Shown: piece by piece, positions 15,344 through 24,340 of the stretch
Layout of the letters: each line of letters opens with the position of its first letter
Numbering within the stretch: position 1 is the first letter of the stretch
From: Candidatus Saccharimonadota bacterium
GTDB lineage: Bacteria > Patescibacteriota > Gracilibacteria > UBA1369 > 2-02-FULL-48-14
NCBI GenBank assembly: GCA_965230905.1
Contig: OZ246396.1
Location: 270,001 to 302,000, forward strand
Length of the DNA stretch: 32,000 bases
Direction: 5' to 3'
Notes under the pieces: model-generated
Database searches by the model: none
What the model was told of the DNA's origin: nothing
The model's input: only the letters and a program-made list of their open reading frames with translations
Program-made: the position numbers and the translations under genes

Positions 15344-17439
15344 CGGTACAAAAGTTTTACGTTGGTGTCGTTTTGGAGAGGGCCGGAAAGGATGTAATCC
15401 AGGCCTTCTTTCACGTCGGTGGCGAGGGGGTAGCCGGAGAGCATGGTGTCGCTGAGGGCGGTCACGGTTTTTTCGAACGTGATGGCTTTGAGGCCGGGTT
15501 GTTTAAAGAGGTCGAAATCGTATTCTTCAAAGTCGCCGTGGAAATTCCAGGGCAGCGCGAAGTGAATGGTGAAGCTTTCGGAAGTGCCGGGGGCTACGGT
15601 TTGGTCGACGTAATAATAAGACAAATCTTGGAGAGGATCGTAGTAGAATTGAACCTCGTCGCGCAGAACGCCTTCGGTTTCCAAAATCGTGGCGTTGGCG
15701 GGGATGTAGAGGCGGATTCCGCTGTGATTGTTTGCGTTGCCCAGCACTTGTTCGAGGCCAGGATTCCACGCGCTGAAGCCGTAAGAAGCCAGCGTGCTTT
15801 TCAGCCAGCTTTGCGTGGCCGCGTTGTAGGTGTGGGTGCGCTGCACGGTCACGGAAGAAACCATACTGCCGTCCTCAAAAATTTGGGTATCGTGTTGGAG
15901 GTGCGTTTCCATGTAACGATCGGTCTTGTTCGCGCCGATGTTGGTGAACACGGGCATGAAAAAGTCGTGATCGATTTCAGAAAGTGCGGGCAGATCGCCG
16001 GTGAGGCCCAGGGAGTCGAAGAGCTCTTGCACGGCCGGTTCGCGGTGGTAGAAAAGGATTTGTTTTTTGTGTGCTTCATCCATGGCGGTGAGTGCCACGG
16101 AAGTTTTGACGGTGGACGATTTCATTTGATCCATAAAAGCCGTGAGCAGTTCGCCGAGCACGGCTTTTGGACTGGTTTTATTCACCTTGGCTTCCACCAA
16201 AGTGCTGATCACGGCGGGAAAGGTTTCGGCAGAGATTTCTTTTTTAATGGAAGGCAATTTGAGGGGGCCGGTGTCTTCGAGCAGCGCTTGAGCGGCCGAG
16301 AGGTTGAGTCCAATCACACCATCCACGCCGGGGCCGCCTTCTTCTTGCAGCAGCCACATGGCTTTTTCGGCGGAAATGGGAAAGTCGGCGGAAATATTGC
16401 TGTCGCGCAGACGCCATTCGGGCGTGAGCGCCTTGAGTTCGTGCACCGGCACTTCGAGGTGTTCAAAGTAGCGGCCGTCGAAGTCGTAGACATCGTGAAA
16501 AGCGAGGTCCGCGAGCCGTCCGTCGTTCAGTTCCACAATCGCCACGCTTCCAATGAACCCGCCGCCTTGGCGCATTTCATCGTTGTTTTGCAAGAGCACC
16601 AAATAGTGTTGAGGGGTGTGGTCGCCGAGCGCGGTCAGCAGCGGTTCTTTGGCAGAAACCCAGAGGTCGAAAAAGGACGTGAGCGCGGAGAGTTTGTCTT
16701 TGAAAGAGAGGAATTTGCTTTCGAATTCGGTGCCGGATAAATCTACGTCCGCCAACAAGGCATCGATTTGATGAAGCTTCACGGCAACGGGCTCAAGCTG
16801 TTCTTCGGAGATTTTACGGAGGTAGTCCGTGAGGGAACCGGTTTCGGGCAGAGTGGAAAAGGCCAGGCGAGCCTCGCCAATGAATTGACCCACTTCCGCC
16901 ATCAGCGTGCCGGCGTCGAGCAGATTTTCCAGACTTTCCACCTGTTTAGGCTGCGAAAGCCACTCGGAATTTCCTTGCAATAAAAATGCGCCTTTTTCTT
17001 TGGCTTCTTCAAAGAGTTTTTCGGCTTCATCAAAGAGCACCAAGTCGGCGCCTTGTTCCCCAGAAATCACAGATTCGCTGGCGCCTTGCAAGGACATGAA
17101 GGCTTCGCCGGCCAACGCCAATGCCTCGGTGCCTTCTTTTTTTCCGAGGAAGAAAATTTGTCCAATGTTCAGCACAAAAATCACGAGCAGCGCGGCGGCC
17201 ACCATCGGCACACGACCCAGTCCGCGTCGGTGCGGCGGCAATTCCCCAATGATGCAAATGGCCCCGGGTTTCTGGTTTCGCGTTTTGATTTCTTCTTTTA
17301 AATCCACACTCACAGCCGCGTGGGCTTCCGTCTTTTTCCCGTTGTCCACTCCTTTCAAATTGATGACGTGCTTGGAAGGCTCCGGAAGTTCCGTCGCCTT
17401 ATGCAAATCTTCGGGACCGATATTCAGATTGGTGGTCAT
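15340..17439 (-). CDS. DUF4012 domain-containing membrane-anchored protein
   Basis: 699 aa with an N-terminal TM helix (VPMVAAALLVIFVLNIGQIFFL). YLVLLQNNDEMRQGGGFIGSVAIVELNDGRL is the hallmark DUF4012 motif. Confidence 0.8.
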   Translation of the reverse strand: MTTNLNIGPEDLHKATELPEPSKHVINLKGVDNGKKTEAHAAVSVDLKEEIKTRNQKPGAICIIGELPPHRRGLGRVPMVAAALLVIFVLNIGQIFFLGKKEGTEALALAGEAFMSLQGASESVISGEQGADLVLFDEAEKLFEEAKEKGAFLLQGNSEWLSQPKQVESLENLLDAGTLMAEVGQFIGEARLAFSTLPETGSLTDYLRKISEEQLEPVAVKLHQIDALLADVDLSGTEFESKFLSFKDKLSALTSFFDLWVSAKEPLLTALGDHTPQHYLVLLQNNDEMRQGGGFIGSVAIVELNDGRLADLAFHDVYDFDGRYFEHLEVPVHELKALTPEWRLRDSNISADFPISAEKAMWLLQEEGGPGVDGVIGLNLSAAQALLEDTGPLKLPSIKKEISAETFPAVISTLVEAKVNKTSPKAVLGELLTAFMDQMKSSTVKTSVALTAMDEAHKKQILFYHREPAVQELFDSLGLTGDLPALSEIDHDFFMPVFTNIGANKTDRYMETHLQHDTQIFEDGSMVSSVTVQRTHTYNAATQSWLKSTLASYGFSAWNPGLEQVLGNANNHSGIRLYIPANATILETEGVLRDEVQFYYDPLQDLSYYYVDQTVAPGTSESFTIHFALPWNFHGDFEEYDFDLFKQPGLKAITFEKTVTALSDTMLSGYPLATDVKEGLDYILSGPLQNDTNVKLLYR

Positions 17440-18902
17440 AGGCTTGGAAGCAGAGACGTGCGGGTGAAAACCCCGTCGTCAAAGATTTTTCGAGTGGACA
17501 TCAGACGCGTGAGAGTGGACAGATGTGTCTTCAGTATATTCGTTTCCGGTAAAAATGCACCATCTAAAATCCAGATTTCCGTTGACCCGGGCAGGAGCAC
17601 GGACATTTCCTCTAAATTGCGTTGGCGGTCCAGTGCGGCGAGTAAGGCGGCTTCGTCGGGCGCCACAATCACGGCGTCTTCCGTGAAGACGAGGGCAGCC
17701 ACGGTTTGATCGCCGGCCATCAGGAGGGTTGTGCCATTGCTGGTGACTTCGGTGAGCTGCAAGAGTTCCGCTTTTTGTTCGCCTCTTTCGGCGGTGTAGA
17801 TTTCTTTGTAGGTGAAGGTTTGGATGAAGCGGTTCTTGAGCGTTTCTGCACTTTGACCGTCTTCCACGGTTTCGAGTTCAAGAATGAAAAGGAAATCGTC
17901 CGCGCTCGTCCAACCAAAATACGATTCGCCGTCGAGGAGCGGGAGCAGTTCGGGCAAGGTCGTGGGGCCAAAGAGGTCCGTTGCCGCGGACTGGAGGCTC
18001 GAGGTGAAAATCATTTCGCCGGTGCTGCCGAGTTCCGTGAAAATTTCCTGCATGCGGGTGAGCTGAGCGGCGAGGTCTTGGGTGCCAAATTCCCATGCGA
18101 AGGACTTGGTCCAGGGCAGGAATTGCTGTTCGTATTTTTCGGCGGGATGGAAGTAGGCGCCGCGGATGAGCTCTTTGTTCACGGCCGTGAAACTTTCGGC
18201 GTACCACCCCGTGCTTTCCATGCGGATGCTGGCGCCCCAAGCCGGGAAAATTTGCAGAATCGATTCGGTGAAAGTTTGTGGCAGGCCGAGCTGAGCCGCC
18301 CAGGCGCTGAGTTCTTGCTGGGTTTCGCCCAAGTTCACAAAGGCCAGACCGCTTTGCAGGTGCCCGAGCCGGCCGCGCACGTTTTGGTAGTGAGGATTGT
18401 CTTCGAGACGAGGCGTGTGGCCTCCGAGAGTGGCGAGGGCTTCTGGGGAACTGGAAAACGCCGCCATGCCGCCAATGAAACGGAAACAAAAGGCTTCAAT
18501 TTCGTAGCAGCGAATGTTTTCATTCAAGTCGTTCACTTTTATTTCCCCGCCTTCCACCAAGGTCGTGAAAAAAGTTTCTGCTTCGTCGCGCGAACCCATT
18601 TCCAAAAACTCCACCGTGTTTCCATCTATCCAGGCCACCGCGAGGTCGCGTTTGAACCACGTGAGCTCCGCTAGGGGCGTACCCAAGAATTCTTTAAAAT
18701 ACGCGGAGTCCACGGGCGAGCCGCTGGCCGCAAAATCCTCCATGTTCACAACAAAAAATGCCTCCGCACCTTCGGGCAAAAGTTCAGCCACATTGCTGAG
18801 TCCGCCCAAACGAAAAGTTAGCGTGAAGAGCAGAAATCCCAGTAAAAGAACCGTCGGTACCAAGATGAGTCCTTCGCCAAGCCACTCTTTAAATCGGTTC
18901 AT
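17436..18902 (-). CDS. Membrane-anchored hypothetical protein (possibly DUF3352-like)
   Basis: 488 aa with an N-terminal TM helix (LILVPTVLLLGFLLFTLTF). There is a 4-nt overlap with the downstream DUF4012 gene. The family call is tentative. Confidence 0.65.
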   Translation of the reverse strand: MNRFKEWLGEGLILVPTVLLLGFLLFTLTFRLGGLSNVAELLPEGAEAFFVVNMEDFAASGSPVDSAYFKEFLGTPLAELTWFKRDLAVAWIDGNTVEFLEMGSRDEAETFFTTLVEGGEIKVNDLNENIRCYEIEAFCFRFIGGMAAFSSSPEALATLGGHTPRLEDNPHYQNVRGRLGHLQSGLAFVNLGETQQELSAWAAQLGLPQTFTESILQIFPAWGASIRMESTGWYAESFTAVNKELIRGAYFHPAEKYEQQFLPWTKSFAWEFGTQDLAAQLTRMQEIFTELGSTGEMIFTSSLQSAATDLFGPTTLPELLPLLDGESYFGWTSADDFLFILELETVEDGQSAETLKNRFIQTFTYKEIYTAERGEQKAELLQLTEVTSNGTTLLMAGDQTVAALVFTEDAVIVAPDEAALLAALDRQRNLEEMSVLLPGSTEIWILDGAFLPETNILKTHLSTLTRLMSTRKIFDDGVFTRTSLLPSL

Positions 18903-18921
18903 AGAAAATCAAAGTGGACAC

Positions 18922-18930
18922 ACCATAGCA
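18922..18930 (-). promoter_or_regulatory. Extended -10 box TGCTATGGT upstream of the 17436-18902 operon
   Basis: The minus strand reads TGCTATGGT followed by 19 nt and then ATG 18902. Confidence 0.35.
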
Positions 18931-19110
18931 TCCCTTTTACGGCTTCCAAAACTGAATACAACTCGATCTGTTGACAGATTTACTCGTTGTTCCCACAATT
19001 ATTGACCGAACGCTTCAATTTCAAGTCCAGTGTGCTTGCACCTTTTGCACCGAGGCTGCGGAGTTTTTTGTGGCTGGCATCGAAAATGTTTTGTGGCTAC
19101 GCGCGGCAAA

Positions 19111-19119
19111 TGCTAAAAT
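19111..19119 (+). promoter_or_regulatory. Extended -10 box TGCTAAAAT, 9 nt upstream of alaS ATG
   Basis: TGCTAAAAT-gccttcact-ATG(19129), with no Shine-Dalgarno. This implies a leaderless or near-leaderless transcript. Confidence 0.45.
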
Positions 19120-19128
19120 GCCTTCACT

Positions 19129-21132
19129 ATGCTCACTGCTGCACACATTCGCCGCCGCTACCTAGACTTTTTCTCCAAGAAACACGGACACGCAGAAATT
19201 CTTGGATCCAGTTTGCTTCCTGAAAATGATCCTACGGTTTTGTTCACCACGGCGGGTATGCATCCGCTGGTGCCTTACCTGATGGGCGAGAAACATCCCG
19301 AGGGAACCCGGCTCACGGACGTGCAAAAATGTGTGCGAACCGGGGACATTGATGAAGTGGGCGACCCCACTCACCTGACTTTTTTCGAGATGCTGGGAAA
19401 CTGGTCTCTCGGGGATTATTTTAAAGAAGGCGCTATCAAGATGTCTTTTGAATTTTTGACTCAGGAGCTCGAGATCGACATTAAAAACCTGGCCGTGACG
19501 TGTTTTGAAGGGGACGAAAACGCAGCTCGTGATGAAGAGGCTGCTGGCATTTGGCGCAGTTTGGGAATCCCCGACGCACGCATTGCCTTTTTACCCAAGG
19601 AAGACAACTGGTGGGGGCCGGCAGGTCTCACGGGCCCCTGCGGACCGGACACCGAGATGTTTTACTGGACCGGCGACGGCGACGCCCCCGAAGTTTACGA
19701 CCCTGCCAACAAAAAGTGGGTGGAGATTTGGAACGATGTATTCATGCAGTACAACAAAAATGAGGATGGCAGCTACACGCCGCTCGCGCAACAAAATGTG
19801 GACACGGGAATGGGACTTGAGCGCACGACTTTTATTATGCAGGGCAAAAAAAGCCCTTACGACACCGAGCTTTTTGCCGACGTGATGCACCGCATCCGCG
19901 CGCTTTCCGTGGACGACAATAACGTGGTGAGCGAACGAATTGTGGCCGATCACATCCGCACCGCGACCTTCATTTTAGGAGACGAACGTGGCGTGACTCC
20001 GGGAAACAACGACCAGGGTTATGTGCTTCGCCGCTTGATTCGCCGCGCTATTCGTCATGGACGAAAGCTTGGGATAAAAGGTGCGTTCACTGCTGAACTT
20101 GCGCGCATTTACATTGGCTTTTATGCAGACCCTTACAAGGAGCTCGTGAAGAATGAAAAGCGCATTTTGGAGAGCTTGGCAAAGGAAGAAGAACAGTTCC
20201 AGGAAGCGCTGGACAACGGCGAACAAGAGATTCAAAAAGACGTGGAACGCGTGAAAGAAGCGCTGAATATTTTGAGCAAAGAAAGCAAGGTGGCATGGCT
20301 GGAAATGGCCATCGGCGCGCTGAGCCAAACCATTGGGAATAAAGAGGAACTCGCTCTACTCAATCAAAAACTACGACCCGTACTCGGAAAACTCCGTGCG
20401 GAATTCAAGGCAGATGCGGCTGAAAAAACTTTGGACGAATCCCAACTCACGGAAGTTCGTGCGGCTACTCAAAAATTACTAGAAGGCAGCTGGATGCTCC
20501 GCGGAGATCGCGCTTTTTACTACTTCGAAAGCTTTGGATTTCCTCTGGAAATGACGGTGGAAATGATGACCGAGCGTGGCGTGACCGTGGATCAAGAAGG
20601 ATTCCAAACTGCCTTCAATTTGCATCAAGACAAGTCACGTGCCGGCGCTGAACAAAAGTTTGCCGGAGGTCTTGCTGACCATAGTTTGGAGAGCCGCAAA
20701 CTCCACACCGCTACGCATTTGATGCTCGAAGCGCTTCGCCGCGTTTTGGGAAAAACCGTGGAGCAACGTGGGTCCAATATCACGCAGGAACGTCTGCGTT
20801 TCGACTTCAATTATGATGACAAACTCAACCCTGACCAAATTGCGCAGGTGGAAAAAATTGTGAACGACGCCATTCAGGCCGACTACCCCGTGCACTTCGA
20901 GGAAATGACCGTGGAACAAGCCCGCAAAATCGATGCCACCGGAATCTTCGTAGACAAATACGAAGGCGAACTCGAAGGCCGCGTGAAAGTGTATTTCATG
21001 GGAGATTATTCCAAAGAAATTTGTGGAGGTCCGCACGTGGAACACACCGGGCAACTCGGAAAAAACTTCAAGATCGTGAAGGAAGAATCGTCTTCATCGG
21101 GGGTTAGGCGAGTGAAGGCGGTGTTGGCTTAG
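19129..21132 (+). CDS. alaS: Alanine--tRNA ligase, short form (no C-Ala domain)
   Basis: Catalytic core: FTTAGMHPL, VQKCVR, HLTFFEMLGNWS.GDYFK, WWGP...GPCGPDTEMFY, EIWN.VFMQYN, DTGMGLER. Editing core: HTATHLMLEALRRVLG..V.QRGSNI..ERLRFDF, CGGPHV. It ends at GVRRVKAVLA. Confidence 0.95.
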   Translation: MLTAAHIRRRYLDFFSKKHGHAEILGSSLLPENDPTVLFTTAGMHPLVPYLMGEKHPEGTRLTDVQKCVRTGDIDEVGDPTHLTFFEMLGNWSLGDYFKEGAIKMSFEFLTQELEIDIKNLAVTCFEGDENAARDEEAAGIWRSLGIPDARIAFLPKEDNWWGPAGLTGPCGPDTEMFYWTGDGDAPEVYDPANKKWVEIWNDVFMQYNKNEDGSYTPLAQQNVDTGMGLERTTFIMQGKKSPYDTELFADVMHRIRALSVDDNNVVSERIVADHIRTATFILGDERGVTPGNNDQGYVLRRLIRRAIRHGRKLGIKGAFTAELARIYIGFYADPYKELVKNEKRILESLAKEEEQFQEALDNGEQEIQKDVERVKEALNILSKESKVAWLEMAIGALSQTIGNKEELALLNQKLRPVLGKLRAEFKADAAEKTLDESQLTEVRAATQKLLEGSWMLRGDRAFYYFESFGFPLEMTVEMMTERGVTVDQEGFQTAFNLHQDKSRAGAEQKFAGGLADHSLESRKLHTATHLMLEALRRVLGKTVEQRGSNITQERLRFDFNYDDKLNPDQIAQVEKIVNDAIQADYPVHFEEMTVEQARKIDATGIFVDKYEGELEGRVKVYFMGDYSKEICGGPHVEHTGQLGKNFKIVKEESSSSGVRRVKAVLA

Positions 21133-21147
21133 AGAGAAAGTGTTTAC

Positions 21148-22209
21148 CTACAGTGCCTTAAAGAAGTCCACTAATTTTGTATTCATGTAATAATTGGTAT
21201 TTTTGTGTTTTTCTAGTTTTAACAAACCTAAGCCAGCGAGTTTTTTAAGATACTTTGAAGCTGTCAGCCTGCTTACACCTAAGTTTTTAGCTAAGATGTC
21301 TATTTTTGTATATGGATGAGAGAAAATGGTATTCATTAACTCATGAGAATACATTTTTGGAGCTTTTTCTCTAAGTATTTTTTTGTACTCTGACATTAGA
21401 GACTTGATGCTTTCAATTGTTGATATACTTCGTCGTGCAGTGACTTCTAAGGCCTCTAACATATATAATATCCATTCCTCCCAAGCACCTTCGTCGCGAA
21501 CTTTTTGTAGTAGATTATAATATTCAGATTTATTTTCTGTTATATATCGGCTCAAATATAGAATTGGTATGTTTAAAATATTTTCTGAAATCAGATATAA
21601 TATATTTAGTATCCTTCCAGTTCTGCCGTTTCCGTCAAAAAATGGATGAATGGATTCAAATTGGTGATGAATGATGGCCATTTTAACCAAAGGATCAAAA
21701 TCACTTGTTTTACTGTCATTTATAAACTTTTCCAGATCTTTCATCTGTTCATTAATATCCGAAATGTTTTGAGGCGGTGTATAGACGATATTTCCATGCT
21801 CGTCCTTTAGACTTGTTCCTGGAATGGTCCTAAACCCAGAATCTCTTTTAGTTATAATTTGAACAATTTCAATCAGCAGGCCATTTACGAGGGGTCTTGT
21901 TTCAAGTGCCCTATAGCCATGATACAAGGCATCATTGTAGCGATAGACCTCTTTTGTTGCTGGAGTAAATAGGTCGTTCTGTTTGTCATATTTGAAGAGC
22001 TCATCATGTGTAGTCACAATATTTTCTATTTCAGAGCTGTCTTTTGACTCTTGGAGCGCCAACGTGTTGATCAAGATACCTTGATTTGGGATCGTATCCG
22101 CCACTCCTTTCAATTCAGCAATAACTTTGTTTGCAGATATCGCTTTTTTGAGAATTTTTGACGTCTCAACTACACCCTCTGGAGGTAGTTTTGGGATGGT
22201 ATATGTCAT
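21148..22209 (-). CDS. Fic family protein (AMPylase-type), class II with N-terminal inhibitory helix and C-terminal winged HTH
   Basis: Fic motif HPFFDGNGRTGR at 21613-21648 (hand-translated). Inhibitory-type motif SSEIEN, fitting (S/T)xxxE(G/N), at aa 58-63. C-terminal ILAKNLGVSRLTASKYLKKLAGLGLL. Strongly AT-rich. Confidence 0.92.
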   Translation of the reverse strand: MTYTIPKLPPEGVVETSKILKKAISANKVIAELKGVADTIPNQGILINTLALQESKDSSEIENIVTTHDELFKYDKQNDLFTPATKEVYRYNDALYHGYRALETRPLVNGLLIEIVQIITKRDSGFRTIPGTSLKDEHGNIVYTPPQNISDINEQMKDLEKFINDSKTSDFDPLVKMAIIHHQFESIHPFFDGNGRTGRILNILYLISENILNIPILYLSRYITENKSEYYNLLQKVRDEGAWEEWILYMLEALEVTARRSISTIESIKSLMSEYKKILREKAPKMYSHELMNTIFSHPYTKIDILAKNLGVSRLTASKYLKKLAGLGLLKLEKHKNTNYYMNTKLVDFFKAL

Positions 22210-22372
22210 GGTTTCTATAGTGTATAGGCTTTGGCTTTATTCTATCACTAAAAATTATCTATGTAAAGTTTTTCCAATTTCTTATACATAGCTTTGCGGC
22301 TGTGTATATACGCTATGCATGTCATTAAACAGTGGACGTGAGCTTCGTGTTCTACGCGAGCTACATCGTGAC

Positions 22373-22945
22373 TCAAGTTATCTGAGACGCGACTAAAAGG
22401 CTGTCGTAAATATCTACTTTGTCTTGTAGAAACTTTTCACGAGCCGCTTGATAGCTAGCTTCGAGGCCACTCTCGGCGTAGTTGAGTTCGACTTTTGATT
22501 CTGGTTGCACTACCTCAATGGTGTGCTCGTTCTTCATGTAGGATTTGACCTCCTTCCGAAGTAAATCGGGATAAAAGGTGTGAATCAAATCAGCGTCACT
22601 GAGGATAGCGATTGCACAGGTCATAGCGTTAGAGCTTCTCAGATTTAGCTTCTCTACAAGCTGCAAGGCTAGGACTGATGCGGGTTTATTGAGTGGAATA
22701 CGATCTATGTTTTTTACTGAGTGGAAAAGATCCATAAAGGGATAGAAGGTGTCTTGTTGAGTTCTCTCAAGACCCCAGATGATGTGGTCAATCCAAGATA
22801 TTTCATTGAAAGAAACGACTCCCACAATTTCATAGCCTGGCTTGGTAGAAATGCTTATTTGTGAGTTCTTACAGGCAATTCGAATTTCTTCCGAACGAAG
22901 GCAAAATTGTCCGAGGTGGATGCTGGCGTCAAAAACTATTTTCAT
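22373..22945 (-). CDS. Hypothetical protein (weak PIN-like features)
   Basis: 190 aa. N-terminal KIVFDAS and later AMTCAIAILSDADLIHT are reminiscent of PIN acidic positions, but this is not convincing. AT-rich. TATAAT at 22957-22962 (minus strand) lies 11 nt upstream of the ATG. Confidence 0.55.
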   Translation of the reverse strand: MKIVFDASIHLGQFCLRSEEIRIACKNSQISISTKPGYEIVGVVSFNEISWIDHIIWGLERTQQDTFYPFMDLFHSVKNIDRIPLNKPASVLALQLVEKLNLRSSNAMTCAIAILSDADLIHTFYPDLLRKEVKSYMKNEHTIEVVQPESKVELNYAESGLEASYQAAREKFLQDKVDIYDSLLVASQIT

Positions 22946-22964
22946 AAGTTTATTTGATTATACA

Positions 22965-24323
22965 CTAAGCCAGCTCCCCTTTCAGCCAGAAGTTGCTCGT
23001 GTCCGTAACGGTCACGTCGACGAGCTTGCCGAGGAGGGGGCGTCCGCTGCGGAATTGAATTTCTTTCATTTCGCGGGTGCGGCCAGTGCAGGTTTCGCCA
23101 ATTTGTTGGTTCACCAAAACCTCGAGCGTGCGGCCCATAAACGCCGCGTGTTTTTTGTGGCAGATTTCTTTGAGCAGAGTGTTGAGGCGGTGCCAGCGCG
23201 CTTCTTTCACTTCGTGGGACTGGTCGTCGGGCAGGCTTTTTTGTGAATAGGTTCCCTTGCGGGGTGAGTAGCGGGAAATAAAACACGTGTCCCATTCCAT
23301 TGTTTTGTACATATTGAAAGTGTTTTCAAACTCTTCGTCCGTTTCGCCGCTGAAGCCCACAATGATGTCCGTAGAAATGGCGATGTTTGGGATGGCGGCC
23401 TGAATTTTGCGCATAATCGTTTGATATTCTTCCACGGTGTAATTGCGGTTCATACGTCGCAGAGTGCGGTTGTCGCCGCTTTGCACGGGCATGTGAATGT
23501 ACGGGCAAATGCTACGGAGGCTCGCGAGAGTTTCGATCACTTCATCGTGGAAATCGCGCGGATGGGGCGAGGTGAAGCGCAGGCGGCGCAGACCTTTGTC
23601 GTAGAGCTTGTCCACTTCACGGAGCAGGGCCGAAAAAGGGCTTTTACCATACGCCGCGAATTTGCCTGATTTGCGGTCGTTGAAACTCAGCCCGTAGGAA
23701 TTCACCGTTTGCCCCACGAGCGTGATTTCTAGAGCGCCTTCTGCGACGTGGCGGGCGCATTCGTCGACGATATCCTCAAAGTCGCGGGACATTTCGCGGC
23801 CGCGAGTGAAGGGCACAATGCAGTAGGTGCAGAATTTGTCGCAGCCGGTCATGATGGGTACAAAAACGCTGTAGCTGCTGTCTTTTTTTGGCGTGATTTT
23901 GAAGTAGTTTTCCAGCGTGCCTTCGTCCAGTTCGTCGGCAAAATTCATAGTGGGATCCACTTCGCGCAGGAGCTCGGGGAGGCGCGCCACATCTTCAATG
24001 CGGAAGGCGATGTCCATTTCTGGCATGACTTTGAGCACATGATCGCGGTCTTCGTTTTTTTGGACTGAGCTTTGGCGGACCATGCATCCGGTTACCGCAA
24101 TTTTTAGGTCGCGGTTTTGTTGGTGGAGACGCGCGAGGTTTTTACGGAGGCCGTAGACGCGGTCTTCGGCTTTTTGCTTCACGCTGCAGGTATTCAAAAT
24201 CAGCATGTCTGCCTCGTTTTCGGCGGCGGCTTTGTCGTAACCCAAACGTTCAAGCACACTCGCGACTCGTTCGGAATCCGATAGGTTCATGGCGCAGCCG
24301 TAGGTCTGAATAAAATACTTCAC
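22965..24323 (-). CDS. miaB: tRNA-2-methylthio-N6-dimethylallyladenosine synthase (radical SAM methylthiotransferase)
   Basis: GTG start. IQTYGCAMNLSDSERVASVL, ILNTCSV, radical-SAM CDKFCTYCIVP, and a C-terminal TRAM-like region. 452 aa. Confidence 0.9.
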   Translation of the reverse strand: MKYFIQTYGCAMNLSDSERVASVLERLGYDKAAAENEADMLILNTCSVKQKAEDRVYGLRKNLARLHQQNRDLKIAVTGCMVRQSSVQKNEDRDHVLKVMPEMDIAFRIEDVARLPELLREVDPTMNFADELDEGTLENYFKITPKKDSSYSVFVPIMTGCDKFCTYCIVPFTRGREMSRDFEDIVDECARHVAEGALEITLVGQTVNSYGLSFNDRKSGKFAAYGKSPFSALLREVDKLYDKGLRRLRFTSPHPRDFHDEVIETLASLRSICPYIHMPVQSGDNRTLRRMNRNYTVEEYQTIMRKIQAAIPNIAISTDIIVGFSGETDEEFENTFNMYKTMEWDTCFISRYSPRKGTYSQKSLPDDQSHEVKEARWHRLNTLLKEICHKKHAAFMGRTLEVLVNQQIGETCTGRTREMKEIQFRSGRPLLGKLVDVTVTDTSNFWLKGELA

Positions 24324-24340
24324 TTTTTTTTATAAGCGCA

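Noticed and set aside
22373-22945. Calling the 190-aa protein a PIN-domain nuclease or the antitoxin of Fic
   Set aside because: Only two loosely PIN-like acidic positions are visible, and there is a long insertion relative to canonical PIN domains. The Fic protein carries its own inhibitory helix, so it needs no class-I antitoxin. The ORF is left as hypothetical.
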